Positions 48,060-55,740 of a DNA stretch of 64,000 bases are shown here, piece after piece (the first letter of the stretch is position 1; each line of letters starts with the position of its first letter). The DNA lies in IMG/VR virus record IMGVR_UViG_3300048582_000168, positions 1,306 through 65,305 of that record, one strand, 5' to 3'. This stretch comes from a virus (taxonomy: Duplodnaviria; Caudoviricetes). The notes beneath the pieces were generated by a model. The model was given only the letters and a program-made list of their open reading frames with translations, made no database searches and had not been told where the DNA came from. The translations under genes were made by a program, and so were the position numbers.

Positions 48060-48423
48060 GCTTTGCGCCGGGCTTGCCGGTAACCGGCTGCAAGGCAGCG
48101 ATGACATTCGCCTCGAAATTCAGGTCGTCGAGAAGCGCCCCGGCCTCGGTCGCGAACTTCAGGAACCGCGCCTGCGCGGCCTCGGGCGGCATGGTCGAAC
48201 CCTGCATCCGCTTGGACACCAGACCCGACAGCCAAAGCGTCGCCTCGCAGGCGGTGCCGGTCGCCCGGTGCGCCTTGTTGACGGACTGCATCTTGCGTTC
48301 GGTCCTGCGGTCCTTGGCAGCCCGGGCCTTTATGGCGGCAGAGTCGCCAGCTTGGTGCGACTTGCGCGCAAGGTCCACGACGTAGGAGAGGGCGGCGTTG
48401 ATCTGCTTTATGGCGTCGGTCAT
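48055..48423 (-). CDS. Hypothetical protein
   Basis: CTGAAAGGA RBS. Confidence 0.5.
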   Translation of the reverse strand: MTDAIKQINAALSYVVDLARKSHQAGDSAAIKARAAKDRRTERKMQSVNKAHRATGTACEATLWLSGLVSKRMQGSTMPPEAAQARFLKFATEAGALLDDLNFEANVIAALQPVTGKPGAKR

Positions 48424-48635
48424 TTTTCGGATCCTTTCAGGGCGCGGCGGATTTCGCTTCGGAAGTTTCGCAGGGTTCGAAAGTCGGATGGGGTGAAGGA
48501 CGTGCAGAAGACCCGTCGGAGCCCCGAGGGGTGGGAGGCTTTCACCACAAGATGCTTGCCGTAGCGCACCTCGTCCACGGTGAAGCCTTCCGCCTTGATG
48601 ACGCCGAGAGCGGCGGCGACGTGCCGGGTCGTCAC
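48420..48635 (-). CDS. Small basic protein (HicA-like fold possible)
   Basis: GKHLVV...TPSDFR..RN. Confidence 0.45.
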   Translation of the reverse strand: MTTRHVAAALGVIKAEGFTVDEVRYGKHLVVKASHPSGLRRVFCTSFTPSDFRTLRNFRSEIRRALKGSEK

Positions 48636-48943
48636 GACACCGCCTCGCCCATCAGGGTCTTGGCGGCCTTGAACGCGGCGGCCTCGGTGACGTAGTCGAT
48701 GCAGTAGAACCCCTGCACGCATTCCCCGCCCGGGTGAGCCGCGACAGGCGCGTCCGGCAGGTAGACGACCAGCCAACCGGTGAAGGCGGAGGTGCGACGG
48801 AAAGAGGCGGTCTTCACGACCCAGACCAGCGTCGGGTCAATGGCCTCGATGGCGACGACTTGGGTCTTGCATTCGAGGTGATCGTGCGGCGCGAGGTGCA
48901 TCAAGGCAATGTCGGCGACGCGGGATAGAGACAGCGGTGTCAT
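48632..48943 (-). CDS. Hypothetical protein
   Basis: CTGAAAGG RBS. Confidence 0.5.
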   Translation of the reverse strand: MTPLSLSRVADIALMHLAPHDHLECKTQVVAIEAIDPTLVWVVKTASFRRTSAFTGWLVVYLPDAPVAAHPGGECVQGFYCIDYVTEAAAFKAAKTLMGEAVS

Positions 48944-49017
48944 GGGGCAGGAACCTTTCAGAAGCGACAGGACCACCCCGTCGCATGAGAGACAAGGTGG
49001 TCCATTCCGATCTGGTT

Positions 49018-49035
49018 GTCAAGTCCAGACTTAAC
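49018..49035 (-). promoter_or_regulatory. Operator/promoter palindrome copy
   Basis: GTCAAGTCCAGACTTAAC; minus strand gives TTGACA-N17-CACCTT. Confidence 0.65.
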
Positions 49036-49486
49036 GATTGCAGTAGCCCGAAGACGGCAGGGACGCCTTCGCCCGGGGCGTTTCCAGCCCGGAATAGCGC
49101 CCGCCGGAGTAGCGCGGGCAGTCGAGCGCCAGCCCGTCGGCGATCAGAAGCGCGCCGATATCGTAACCCTCCTGCGGCCCGGTCGCGAGGTAGCAGACCC
49201 CCACCCGCCGGTCGTAGGACTCACCCGCGAGGTGGCAGTCAAGCTGGCGTCCGTCGACGATCTCGTAAAGCCCGAGCCGGGCCCGGCGGCCCGCATCGGT
49301 GTCCATTTCGGGGGCGTCCACCCCGTCGAGCCGGATCTTCACGCCGGAGACCCAGAGGGTGTCGCCGTCCACCACTTTCGAGGCAGGGCCGGTAATCGTC
49401 TCGGCCTCCGCCGGACCGGCGACTTGCAGAAAAAAGCAACACGCCACAACCGCACGACCGACGGTCGAGAGGGAATCGATGAGCAT
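49031..49486 (-). CDS. Thermonuclease (SNase-like), probably exported
   Basis: VVDGDTL, IRLDGVDAPE, YDRRVG; signal-like N-terminus ending AEA. Confidence 0.8.
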   Translation of the reverse strand: MLIDSLSTVGRAVVACCFFLQVAGPAEAETITGPASKVVDGDTLWVSGVKIRLDGVDAPEMDTDAGRRARLGLYEIVDGRQLDCHLAGESYDRRVGVCYLATGPQEGYDIGALLIADGLALDCPRYSGGRYSGLETPRAKASLPSSGYCNR

Positions 49487-49497
49487 CGGGGAACCTT

Positions 49498-49599
49498 TCA
49501 GAAGATCAGGGAGAGGATGACACCCCAGATCAGGGTGCCAGCGACGATGGCGAAGACCAGCCAACCGCCATAACTGAAGTCGAAGCGACGCCTGCCCAT
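49498..49599 (-). CDS. 33-aa single-TM peptide
   Basis: MGRRRFDFSYGGWLVFAIVAGTLIWGVILSLIF; TGATG-coupled. Confidence 0.4.
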   Translation of the reverse strand: MGRRRFDFSYGGWLVFAIVAGTLIWGVILSLIF

Positions 49600-50252
49600 C
49601 ACGCCCCCAGAGAGACAGGAAGGGGCGCCTGCGTCGCGGCGGCGAAGTGGTCACCCAAGAGGACGCGGATGATGACCTCGGGGCTCACCACGGCACGGTT
49701 CGCGCGGTCCTGAATTTCCTGCCACATCCAGTCCGGCAGACCCAGCGCCGCCTGAATCGGGTCGGCGTCGTCGGGCTGGTTGCCGACCAGATCGGCACTG
49801 ACATCGTAGACTGCCGGAGGCAAGAACCCGTCGTCGACATAGTCGGTCGAGAGCAACTCTGCTGACACCCAGATGATGTCTCCGATATGCTTCTTGCCCG
49901 CCTGCAACACGCGAATGCGCAGGTCCAAAAGATGACGGACGTAGGCGACAGCGGTCAACTTCAGCGCAAAGTTTCCCAGCGCCGGGCGAAGATGGACGTG
50001 CAGCACCGAATCGATGCCATCAAGAACCGGGTAGTCCTCGCCTTCACGGCGGAAGCCGATCCAGCCGGTGTTTGACGTGCGCAGCGCGACGGTGCGAGAC
50101 GCGCCGCCCTTCGAGATGACGTAGACCTGCCGCTGCAGGGTGAACTGGTCAGCCGGGGCGCGTTGGATGGCGTAACCGGCATCATAAAGCTGACCGATAG
50201 CCATAGAGCGGAGCGCGCGGGTCGAGATTTCAGGCATAGAATCGTTTGACAT
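49599..50252 (-). CDS. Hypothetical protein
   Basis: CTGAAAGGA RBS; own TTGACA near 50303-50309. Confidence 0.55.
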   Translation of the reverse strand: MSNDSMPEISTRALRSMAIGQLYDAGYAIQRAPADQFTLQRQVYVISKGGASRTVALRTSNTGWIGFRREGEDYPVLDGIDSVLHVHLRPALGNFALKLTAVAYVRHLLDLRIRVLQAGKKHIGDIIWVSAELLSTDYVDDGFLPPAVYDVSADLVGNQPDDADPIQAALGLPDWMWQEIQDRANRAVVSPEVIIRVLLGDHFAAATQAPLPVSLGA

Positions 50253-50330
50253 TGTTTGTCCTTTCAGGGTCGATGCTTGCCACATATACAGCCTGACAAA
50301 GATTGTCAAGAGATTGCTTTACCAAAGCGG

Positions 50331-50543
50331 TCAGACAACCCCTTTCAGATTGACGTCGACACACACCCACTCGCGCCCGGCGAAGCCCGCCTTGCGCGCG
50401 TTCTTGACCGCAAGGCTGATGGCAAGTGCCGCGTTCCGCCCAGTCCCGGTGAAGACCCGGGGAAAGTCGTCCTCCTGCGGGACAGACAGGGTCGCGATGG
50501 TATTCAGCCCCGTCGGCTGCAGCGTGATGGTCGAGGGCCTCAT
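50331..50543 (-). CDS. Hypothetical protein
   Basis: ATGA-coupled. Confidence 0.45.
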   Translation of the reverse strand: MRPSTITLQPTGLNTIATLSVPQEDDFPRVFTGTGRNAALAISLAVKNARKAGFAGREWVCVDVNLKGVV

Positions 50544-51127
50544 TTCGCACCCTCCGACAGCTTCGAATTATGCTCAAACCACAACTGGCCCAGCGCCTGA
50601 CTGAAGACCGAAACGCAGTCGCAATCCCACCGGCCATTACAACCGCAGATCGCGTCGATCCGCGCCTCCAAGTCGGCAGAGGTGAAGGGCTCCCGGCCCG
50701 TCATGATCCGCGCCGCACGGGCGCGCGGCGGCGGGGGCAGCCCGGCAGCCAGCATCTGCCCCCGGGCGGCAATGTCCTCGAGGCAGGTCGCGGCCAGATC
50801 GAGCGTCGGCTTGTGCAACACACCCGCCGTCGCATCCATCGACCGCAGCGTCTCCGCCCCGTTCTTCAGGCCCTGAACGTAAGCCCGCTGCTGAAGGCCG
50901 GTCCGTTCCGCCGTGAGCCGCGCGATCTCAACCTCCGCCGCGCGAAGCTGGACCTTCAGGCCCGGGTTCGGCGGGCGCACGACCAAGAGATGGCCGACCT
51001 TGCGCCGCCGGACAGTCGCCCGGACATAAGCGATGCCGACCCCCATCACGTCCGCGATCTGCTGGGCATCCCGAGTGCCGTCGCACAACTCGACAACCCG
51101 GTCAGCGGTGATCCCGCGCGGCCTCAC
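50540..51127 (-). CDS. HTH-containing protein
   Basis: DAQQIADVMGVGIAYVRATV. Confidence 0.55.
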   Translation of the reverse strand: MRPRGITADRVVELCDGTRDAQQIADVMGVGIAYVRATVRRRKVGHLLVVRPPNPGLKVQLRAAEVEIARLTAERTGLQQRAYVQGLKNGAETLRSMDATAGVLHKPTLDLAATCLEDIAARGQMLAAGLPPPPRARAARIMTGREPFTSADLEARIDAICGCNGRWDCDCVSVFSQALGQLWFEHNSKLSEGAK

Positions 51128-51648
51128 GACACCACCTCGACGAAAGACAGCACCATCGCCTCGTAGGCAGCCTCCATCGCGGCCTTGGCGGCCAGCGCGT
51201 CGGGGAACTCGGCGTTCGACAGAGGCCAGATCGCCTCCCAGCCGCCCTTGTGCAGATGATGGATTTCGCAGGTGAACCCGAGCCCCGTCCCGACCAGCCG
51301 GTGACCCGGGTCAATCTCGCGCCACGAGAGCGGCTTCACCCGGACCCCGGCAGCCCTTGCCAGACGGACAGCGGGCGTCTCCACCCGCATGCGCTGGAAG
51401 TCAGCCTCGGTGGCCTCGGGAATTTCGGCCAGTGCAGCCTTGGCAGCAGCCTCAGCCGCCTCCTTGGCGATGAGCGCGTCCGACCAGTCCCGAAGCACGT
51501 TCAGGTCGTAGCCGGTCATGTTGTCCGGCACCTCCCGCACCGCGCGGATGGTCCGATGCCGCCCCGAGGCGGTGATCGCAGAGGGCTGCGAAGGTTCGGT
51601 CCGGGGCGACCAGCGCCCCAGAGCCGTCCGTTCCTCGTAATACCACAT
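51124..51648 (-). CDS. Hypothetical protein
   Basis: Coupled ORF; VRVKPLSW motif. Confidence 0.5.
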   Translation of the reverse strand: MWYYEERTALGRWSPRTEPSQPSAITASGRHRTIRAVREVPDNMTGYDLNVLRDWSDALIAKEAAEAAAKAALAEIPEATEADFQRMRVETPAVRLARAAGVRVKPLSWREIDPGHRLVGTGLGFTCEIHHLHKGGWEAIWPLSNAEFPDALAAKAAMEAAYEAMVLSFVEVVS

Positions 51649-52187
51649 CAGCGACGCTCCCCTCGCAGCGCAGACCAGAAGGTCTCGACGTGAAACTTGG
51701 TATAGGCGACGTTCCACCCGGCCTCGGGGCGCTGCAGGACGTGAACCCATTCCAAGGTCTCCGCCAGCTTGTCGAAGAACCGCACCCCGTCCCGGGTCTC
51801 CGGGGTGGGCTCGGGGATCCCCGCCGCGCCGCAGATCGCCCGGTCGAGCGCAAACTCGAGGTTCGCCAGCGCCGGGGTATGCTCGGAGAGATACCGCTTC
51901 ACAGGCGCCGGGATATCGCCCGTGAACGCCTCGTGCATGTCGTGGTAGAGCGACCACTCGGTGACGCGGGGAGGCGCACAGGCGTCCATCGCCAGAGCCC
52001 AGACCACCCGGCTGTGAGCCGAGACGGTCAAGGCGAAGGGGTCGCCGGAGAACCGGCGGATGGACGCGATGCGGGCATGCACCGCGTCCAGATCGACATC
52101 GTCAGGATGCGGGTCGGCAAGGTCGATCAGCTTGGTGCCGAACATCAGCGGGATGCGGCGGCGCGCATAGTCGGCTTCGGTGATCAT
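51648..52187 (-). CDS. HD-domain phosphohydrolase (YfbR-like)
   Basis: RRFSG, TVSAHS, LYHDMHEAFTGDIPAPVK. Confidence 0.8.
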   Translation of the reverse strand: MITEADYARRRIPLMFGTKLIDLADPHPDDVDLDAVHARIASIRRFSGDPFALTVSAHSRVVWALAMDACAPPRVTEWSLYHDMHEAFTGDIPAPVKRYLSEHTPALANLEFALDRAICGAAGIPEPTPETRDGVRFFDKLAETLEWVHVLQRPEAGWNVAYTKFHVETFWSALRGERR

Positions 52188-53005
52188 TCGGTGAAGACCT
52201 CCCCGGCGGCGGAGATGAAGTCCTTGAAGGACACACCTTCGTCGTTCGCAAGCGCCTTGGCGAGATGAAGCGCCTCGGCCATGGTCGACGGCGGCGGCTG
52301 GTGCGACCACGCGAAGAACCCGCCCCAGACCCCGCCCGCATTCGTGCAGAGCATGTCATGGGTGATGCCAGCGTCGGCAGCGGCCTGCAGGGCCTTCTTC
52401 AGCTTCGGCAGCGCCTTGGCGACGGACGCGGCAATGTCGGGCTCGCCTTCGTCTTGCGCGATCTCGATCAGCCGCTTGATCTCCGCGAAGGCGTCGACCT
52501 GAGTGCAGCCGGTCTTTTCCGCCACCCCGTCGGCGGCGGCCTCGATATCCGGGTCATCGACCGAGTCGAGGATGGCAAGCGCGTCGGCCTCGACCTGACA
52601 GGACGATGCGAACAGGGCCCGCCATTTCTGCCGGATGTGGCGCGGTCCGGACGTCTCTTCGCCGATCTTCGCAGCCCGGTCGGGATACTCCGCCAACCAG
52701 ATGACGTCCGACCGCGCGGCGGCGGTGTCGAGACCGGGCATCTTGCTGATGCCGGACGCAAGGATCCACGCGCCGAAATCCTGATTGGACAGGCTGGACT
52801 CCCGGGCGATGAGAAGGTCGGCACCGATGGCGGCCCAGTGCGAGCGTTTCGAGACCTCGGAGTCCCGCAGGAAGATGGCCTGCGACTTGATCCGTTCGGC
52901 CAAAGCCGAGCGCATGGCGTCGGGATCGTTATGCAGGGTTTCGGGCGCCGATTGAGGTTCGGCTTCCTGCGCTTGGGTTTCGGGTTTCTTGGCAGCTTTC
53001 GCCAT
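52184..53005 (-). CDS. Hypothetical protein, first gene of the leftward arm
   Basis: CTGAAAGGA RBS; IGADLL.AR...FGAW. Confidence 0.6.
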   Translation of the reverse strand: MAKAAKKPETQAQEAEPQSAPETLHNDPDAMRSALAERIKSQAIFLRDSEVSKRSHWAAIGADLLIARESSLSNQDFGAWILASGISKMPGLDTAAARSDVIWLAEYPDRAAKIGEETSGPRHIRQKWRALFASSCQVEADALAILDSVDDPDIEAAADGVAEKTGCTQVDAFAEIKRLIEIAQDEGEPDIAASVAKALPKLKKALQAAADAGITHDMLCTNAGGVWGGFFAWSHQPPPSTMAEALHLAKALANDEGVSFKDFISAAGEVFTE

Positions 53006-53049
53006 GACTTCGGTCCTTTCAGAGTTGACTCGGAAAGCAGGTGTAAAGG

Positions 53050-53270
53050 CTTTTGCAGAAAAAGCAAGATCGCTCTTGCAGAAAAAGCAAGACGAAAAAG
53101 TTGCCAGAATGGACACAATGGGACGGGAATGAACGGGAATGGACGGGAATGGACGCCACGCGCACACCACGCGCACACCACGGCCCCGCGTTCATGGACT
53201 GAACCAGTCCATGAAGCGCCGCTCATGGACTGAAACGTCAGCGCGGGCGTCTTGCTTTTTTCTGCAAAAC
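53050..53270. repeat. Repeat-rich divergent control region
   Basis: TTGCAGAAAAAGCAAG x2 plus an inverted copy; (G/A)ACGGGAATG x3; CACCACGCGCA-type tandem; TTCATGGACTG/CAGTCCATGAA palindrome. Confidence 0.75.
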
Positions 53271-53490
53271 GCCAGCCCGAATCGGAATCACGATCAACAG
53301 GGGGCTGTAGAAAAAAGGTATGGACTGCGCGGAAAGGATAGGGCAGTCGTGAAAAAGGCCGGAGCGGGGTGGAGCCCGAACCGGCCTAGACTGGAACCGA
53401 GGTGTGATCTCGATCCCAAGCCCTGTTGGCACGCATAGCCTGCAGCCGCCGGAAAGTCACGCCTCCTTGCAAACGCCAAGGAGCAACAGC

Positions 53491-54261
53491 ATGGCCGTCA
53501 AGAAAGCAGAAGTCGGGGAAGTCGTCATCGACACCCTGAAGACCGGAATGGTCCGCGCCCGCATCATCGGGCGCACCCCCCTCTACATGAACTCGATGAG
53601 TGCGAAGACGAAGCGCACCCTGATGCTGGGCGGCGGGAAGAAAACCGCAGCCGAGAAAAAGGAACTGAAGCATCAGCCCTACGAGGAATTCGCGGACTCG
53701 CTCTACCGCATCGGCGCCGGTCCGACCGCCCTCTGCTTCCCGGCCCCGGGCATCAAGGCCGCGATGGCGACCGCTGCCCTCGAGACGGCAGGCATCACGA
53801 AGACCAGCGTCCAGCGCCTGATCTTCCTGCCCCAGCAGTCGGTCCCGATCTGGGGGCTGCCTTACCTGAAGATGGACGTAGTGCGGAGCGCAGACATGGC
53901 GCGGACCCCGGACGTGCGGACGCGCGGCTTCCTGCCCCGCTGGTGCGCGGAAATCGATATCACCTTCACCCAGCCCACCCTCAGTTACAAAGGCATCCTG
54001 AGCCTCCTGTCGAACGCGGGCATCATCGTCGGCATCGGTGACTTCCGGCAGGAAAAGGGACGCGGGTCGTTCGGCACCTTCAACGTAGGCACCGATCAGT
54101 CCGAAGGCGACTTCCTCGAGGAATGGAACGAAATCGTCGCCGAAGGTCGCACCGCGCAACTGACCGCGATGAAGAATCCGACCCCGATGCCGGATGACTA
54201 CGAGACCGAGAGCCTCCTGCAGATGTTCGATGAGGCCCTGAACAGCCGTCAGGCGGCCTGA
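53491..54261 (+). CDS. RAMP/Cas7-like protein (Vipr-like effector candidate)
   Basis: GGAG RBS; N-terminal strand IIGRTPL, FPAPGIKAAM helix, C-terminal Gly-rich loop AGIIVGIGDFRQEKGRGSFGTF; adjacent GGYNN array. Confidence 0.7.
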   Translation: MAVKKAEVGEVVIDTLKTGMVRARIIGRTPLYMNSMSAKTKRTLMLGGGKKTAAEKKELKHQPYEEFADSLYRIGAGPTALCFPAPGIKAAMATAALETAGITKTSVQRLIFLPQQSVPIWGLPYLKMDVVRSADMARTPDVRTRGFLPRWCAEIDITFTQPTLSYKGILSLLSNAGIIVGIGDFRQEKGRGSFGTFNVGTDQSEGDFLEEWNEIVAEGRTAQLTAMKNPTPMPDDYETESLLQMFDEALNSRQAA

Positions 54262-54264
54262 CCG

Positions 54265-54789
54265 ATGGGGGCCCTCACGCGTGCAGACCGCCAGCGCATT
54301 CATGACGAATACCTGAATGCGACCGGAGCGAACAGCTTTGTCGCCGAAGACTTCGTCGATTGGCTGGAAGACAAGCCCACCCATGAAGCCTATGGGTGGT
54401 TCTTTGGAAAGACCGAGGCCGAAGCCGCGAAGGCTTGGCGCATCGGGCGCGCGAGGGCCTTTGTCAGCGACCTGCGGATCACGATCCGCAGGGTCGAACT
54501 GTCCCCCGAGGCGGTCAAGGTCAGGGTCATGCAGGCCCCGGCTGTCCTGTCGCACTACAGCAACCGGGTGAAGCCGAAAGGGGGCTACACCGCCTTCGAC
54601 CCGTCGTCACCCGAGGATCAGGCCGAGTTGCAGCGGCACGCCAAGATGATGCTGAAGGGATGGCTTGGACGCCACGAATCGGCGGTCCTGCAGCGGCACG
54701 TCGACGCCATTCAGGGCGTGATCGACTGGCTGCAGACGCAGGAAATCCCACGGGACGACCATCCGGAGACGGACGCGAAGACCGGGTAA
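54265..54789 (+). CDS. Partner protein of the RAMP-like gene
   Basis: 3 bp after the RAMP-like stop; helical (AEDFVDW...AAKAWRIGRARAFV); directly precedes the array. Confidence 0.65.
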   Translation: MGALTRADRQRIHDEYLNATGANSFVAEDFVDWLEDKPTHEAYGWFFGKTEAEAAKAWRIGRARAFVSDLRITIRRVELSPEAVKVRVMQAPAVLSHYSNRVKPKGGYTAFDPSSPEDQAELQRHAKMMLKGWLGRHESAVLQRHVDAIQGVIDWLQTQEIPRDDHPETDAKTG

Positions 54790-54794
54790 CGATG

Positions 54795-54821
54795 CCGGGC
54801 GCGGGGTGACTTCGCGCCCGG
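54795..54821 (+). other. Leader hairpin of the array
   Basis: CCGGGCGCG-N9-CGCGCCCGG. Confidence 0.7.
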
Positions 54822-54824
54822 ATG

Positions 54825-55614
54825 GGCGAGGCACGGCGAGGTCGGGCGAGGTTTGGCGGGGCAGGGCAAAGCGGTCGCGATTTGGCGAGGCGGGGCGCGG
54901 CGAGGTTAGGCTCGGCGAGGCGGTCGTGGCACGGCGTGGCTTGGTGCGGCGCGGTTAGGCGCGGCGGGGCCGGGCGGTCATGGCGCGGCTGGGAAAGGCA
55001 GGGCAAGGCACGGCGGGGCCGGGCGGTCTTGGCGTGGCTCGGCACGGCATGGCACGGCGTGGCGGGGCTAGGCGGTCTTGGCGTGGCTTGGCCCGGCGCG
55101 GTCGGGTCAGGCGGGGCAAGGCGGTCGTGTTTTGGCACGGCGAGACCGGGCTGGGTCCGGCGAGGCGTGGCGGTCAAGGCGAGGCGCGGTGTGTCAAGGT
55201 GAGGCGCGGTCAGGCCGGGCATGGCCGGGCAAGGCTCGGCGGTCAAGGTCAGGTGGGGCCGGGCATGGCGCGGCGACCTGTGGCAAGGCGGTCGGGGTCG
55301 GTCTAGGTAGGGCGAGGTTTGGCGGGGCTGGGCGGTCGGGGTCGGACATGGCGAGGACAGGTGTGGCTGGGCGCGGTCAGGCGGTCAAGGTCTGGCAAGG
55401 TCTGGCCCGGTCGGGCTAGGCAAGGCGGTCGGGGCAAGGTTCGGACTGGCGAGGCGCGGCGTGGCAAGGCGGTCATGGCCAGACTGGGCTGGGTTAGGCA
55501 CGGCGAGGACAGGCGGTCGAGGCTCGGCACGTCCGGGTTAGGCATGGCATGGTGGGGCGGTCTAGGCCCGGCAAGGCACGGCGCGGCGCGGCTTGGCCCG
55601 GTCGGGCTGGGCAA
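54825..55614 (+). ncRNA. (GGY-NN)n guide-like repeat array, 16 units (putative vrRNA array)
   Basis: Strict 5-nt period GGYNN; 15 GGCGGTC delimiters (first is AGCGGTC) spaced 44/49/54/69 nt. Confidence 0.8.
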
Positions 55615-55674
55615 CGCTGTCCCGGCTGGATTTCAGATCGGGGTTCGGTCATCATGGCCGGACCCCAAACGGAA

Positions 55675-55710
55675 ACGGGGCAGGCCCGCCAGCCCGCCCC
55701 GTCCCTTTTT
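55675..55710 (+). terminator. Intrinsic terminator after the array
   Basis: ACGGGGC..GCCCCGT stem followed by CCTTTTT; extra hairpin at 55640-55666. Confidence 0.7.
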
Positions 55711-55740
55711 CACACAAGCCCTCGCGCAAGGAAGGCTCGC

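Noticed and set aside
51648-52187. DatZ-like dATPase implying a 2-aminoadenine genome
   Set aside because: No PurZ or phage DNA polymerase is present; a generic YfbR-like HD hydrolase explains it.
54825-55614. Classical CRISPR array or simple microsatellite
   Set aside because: There are no 23-47-bp direct repeats with free spacers and no cas1/cas2. Variation is confined to two of five positions with regular delimiters, unlike slippage decay.
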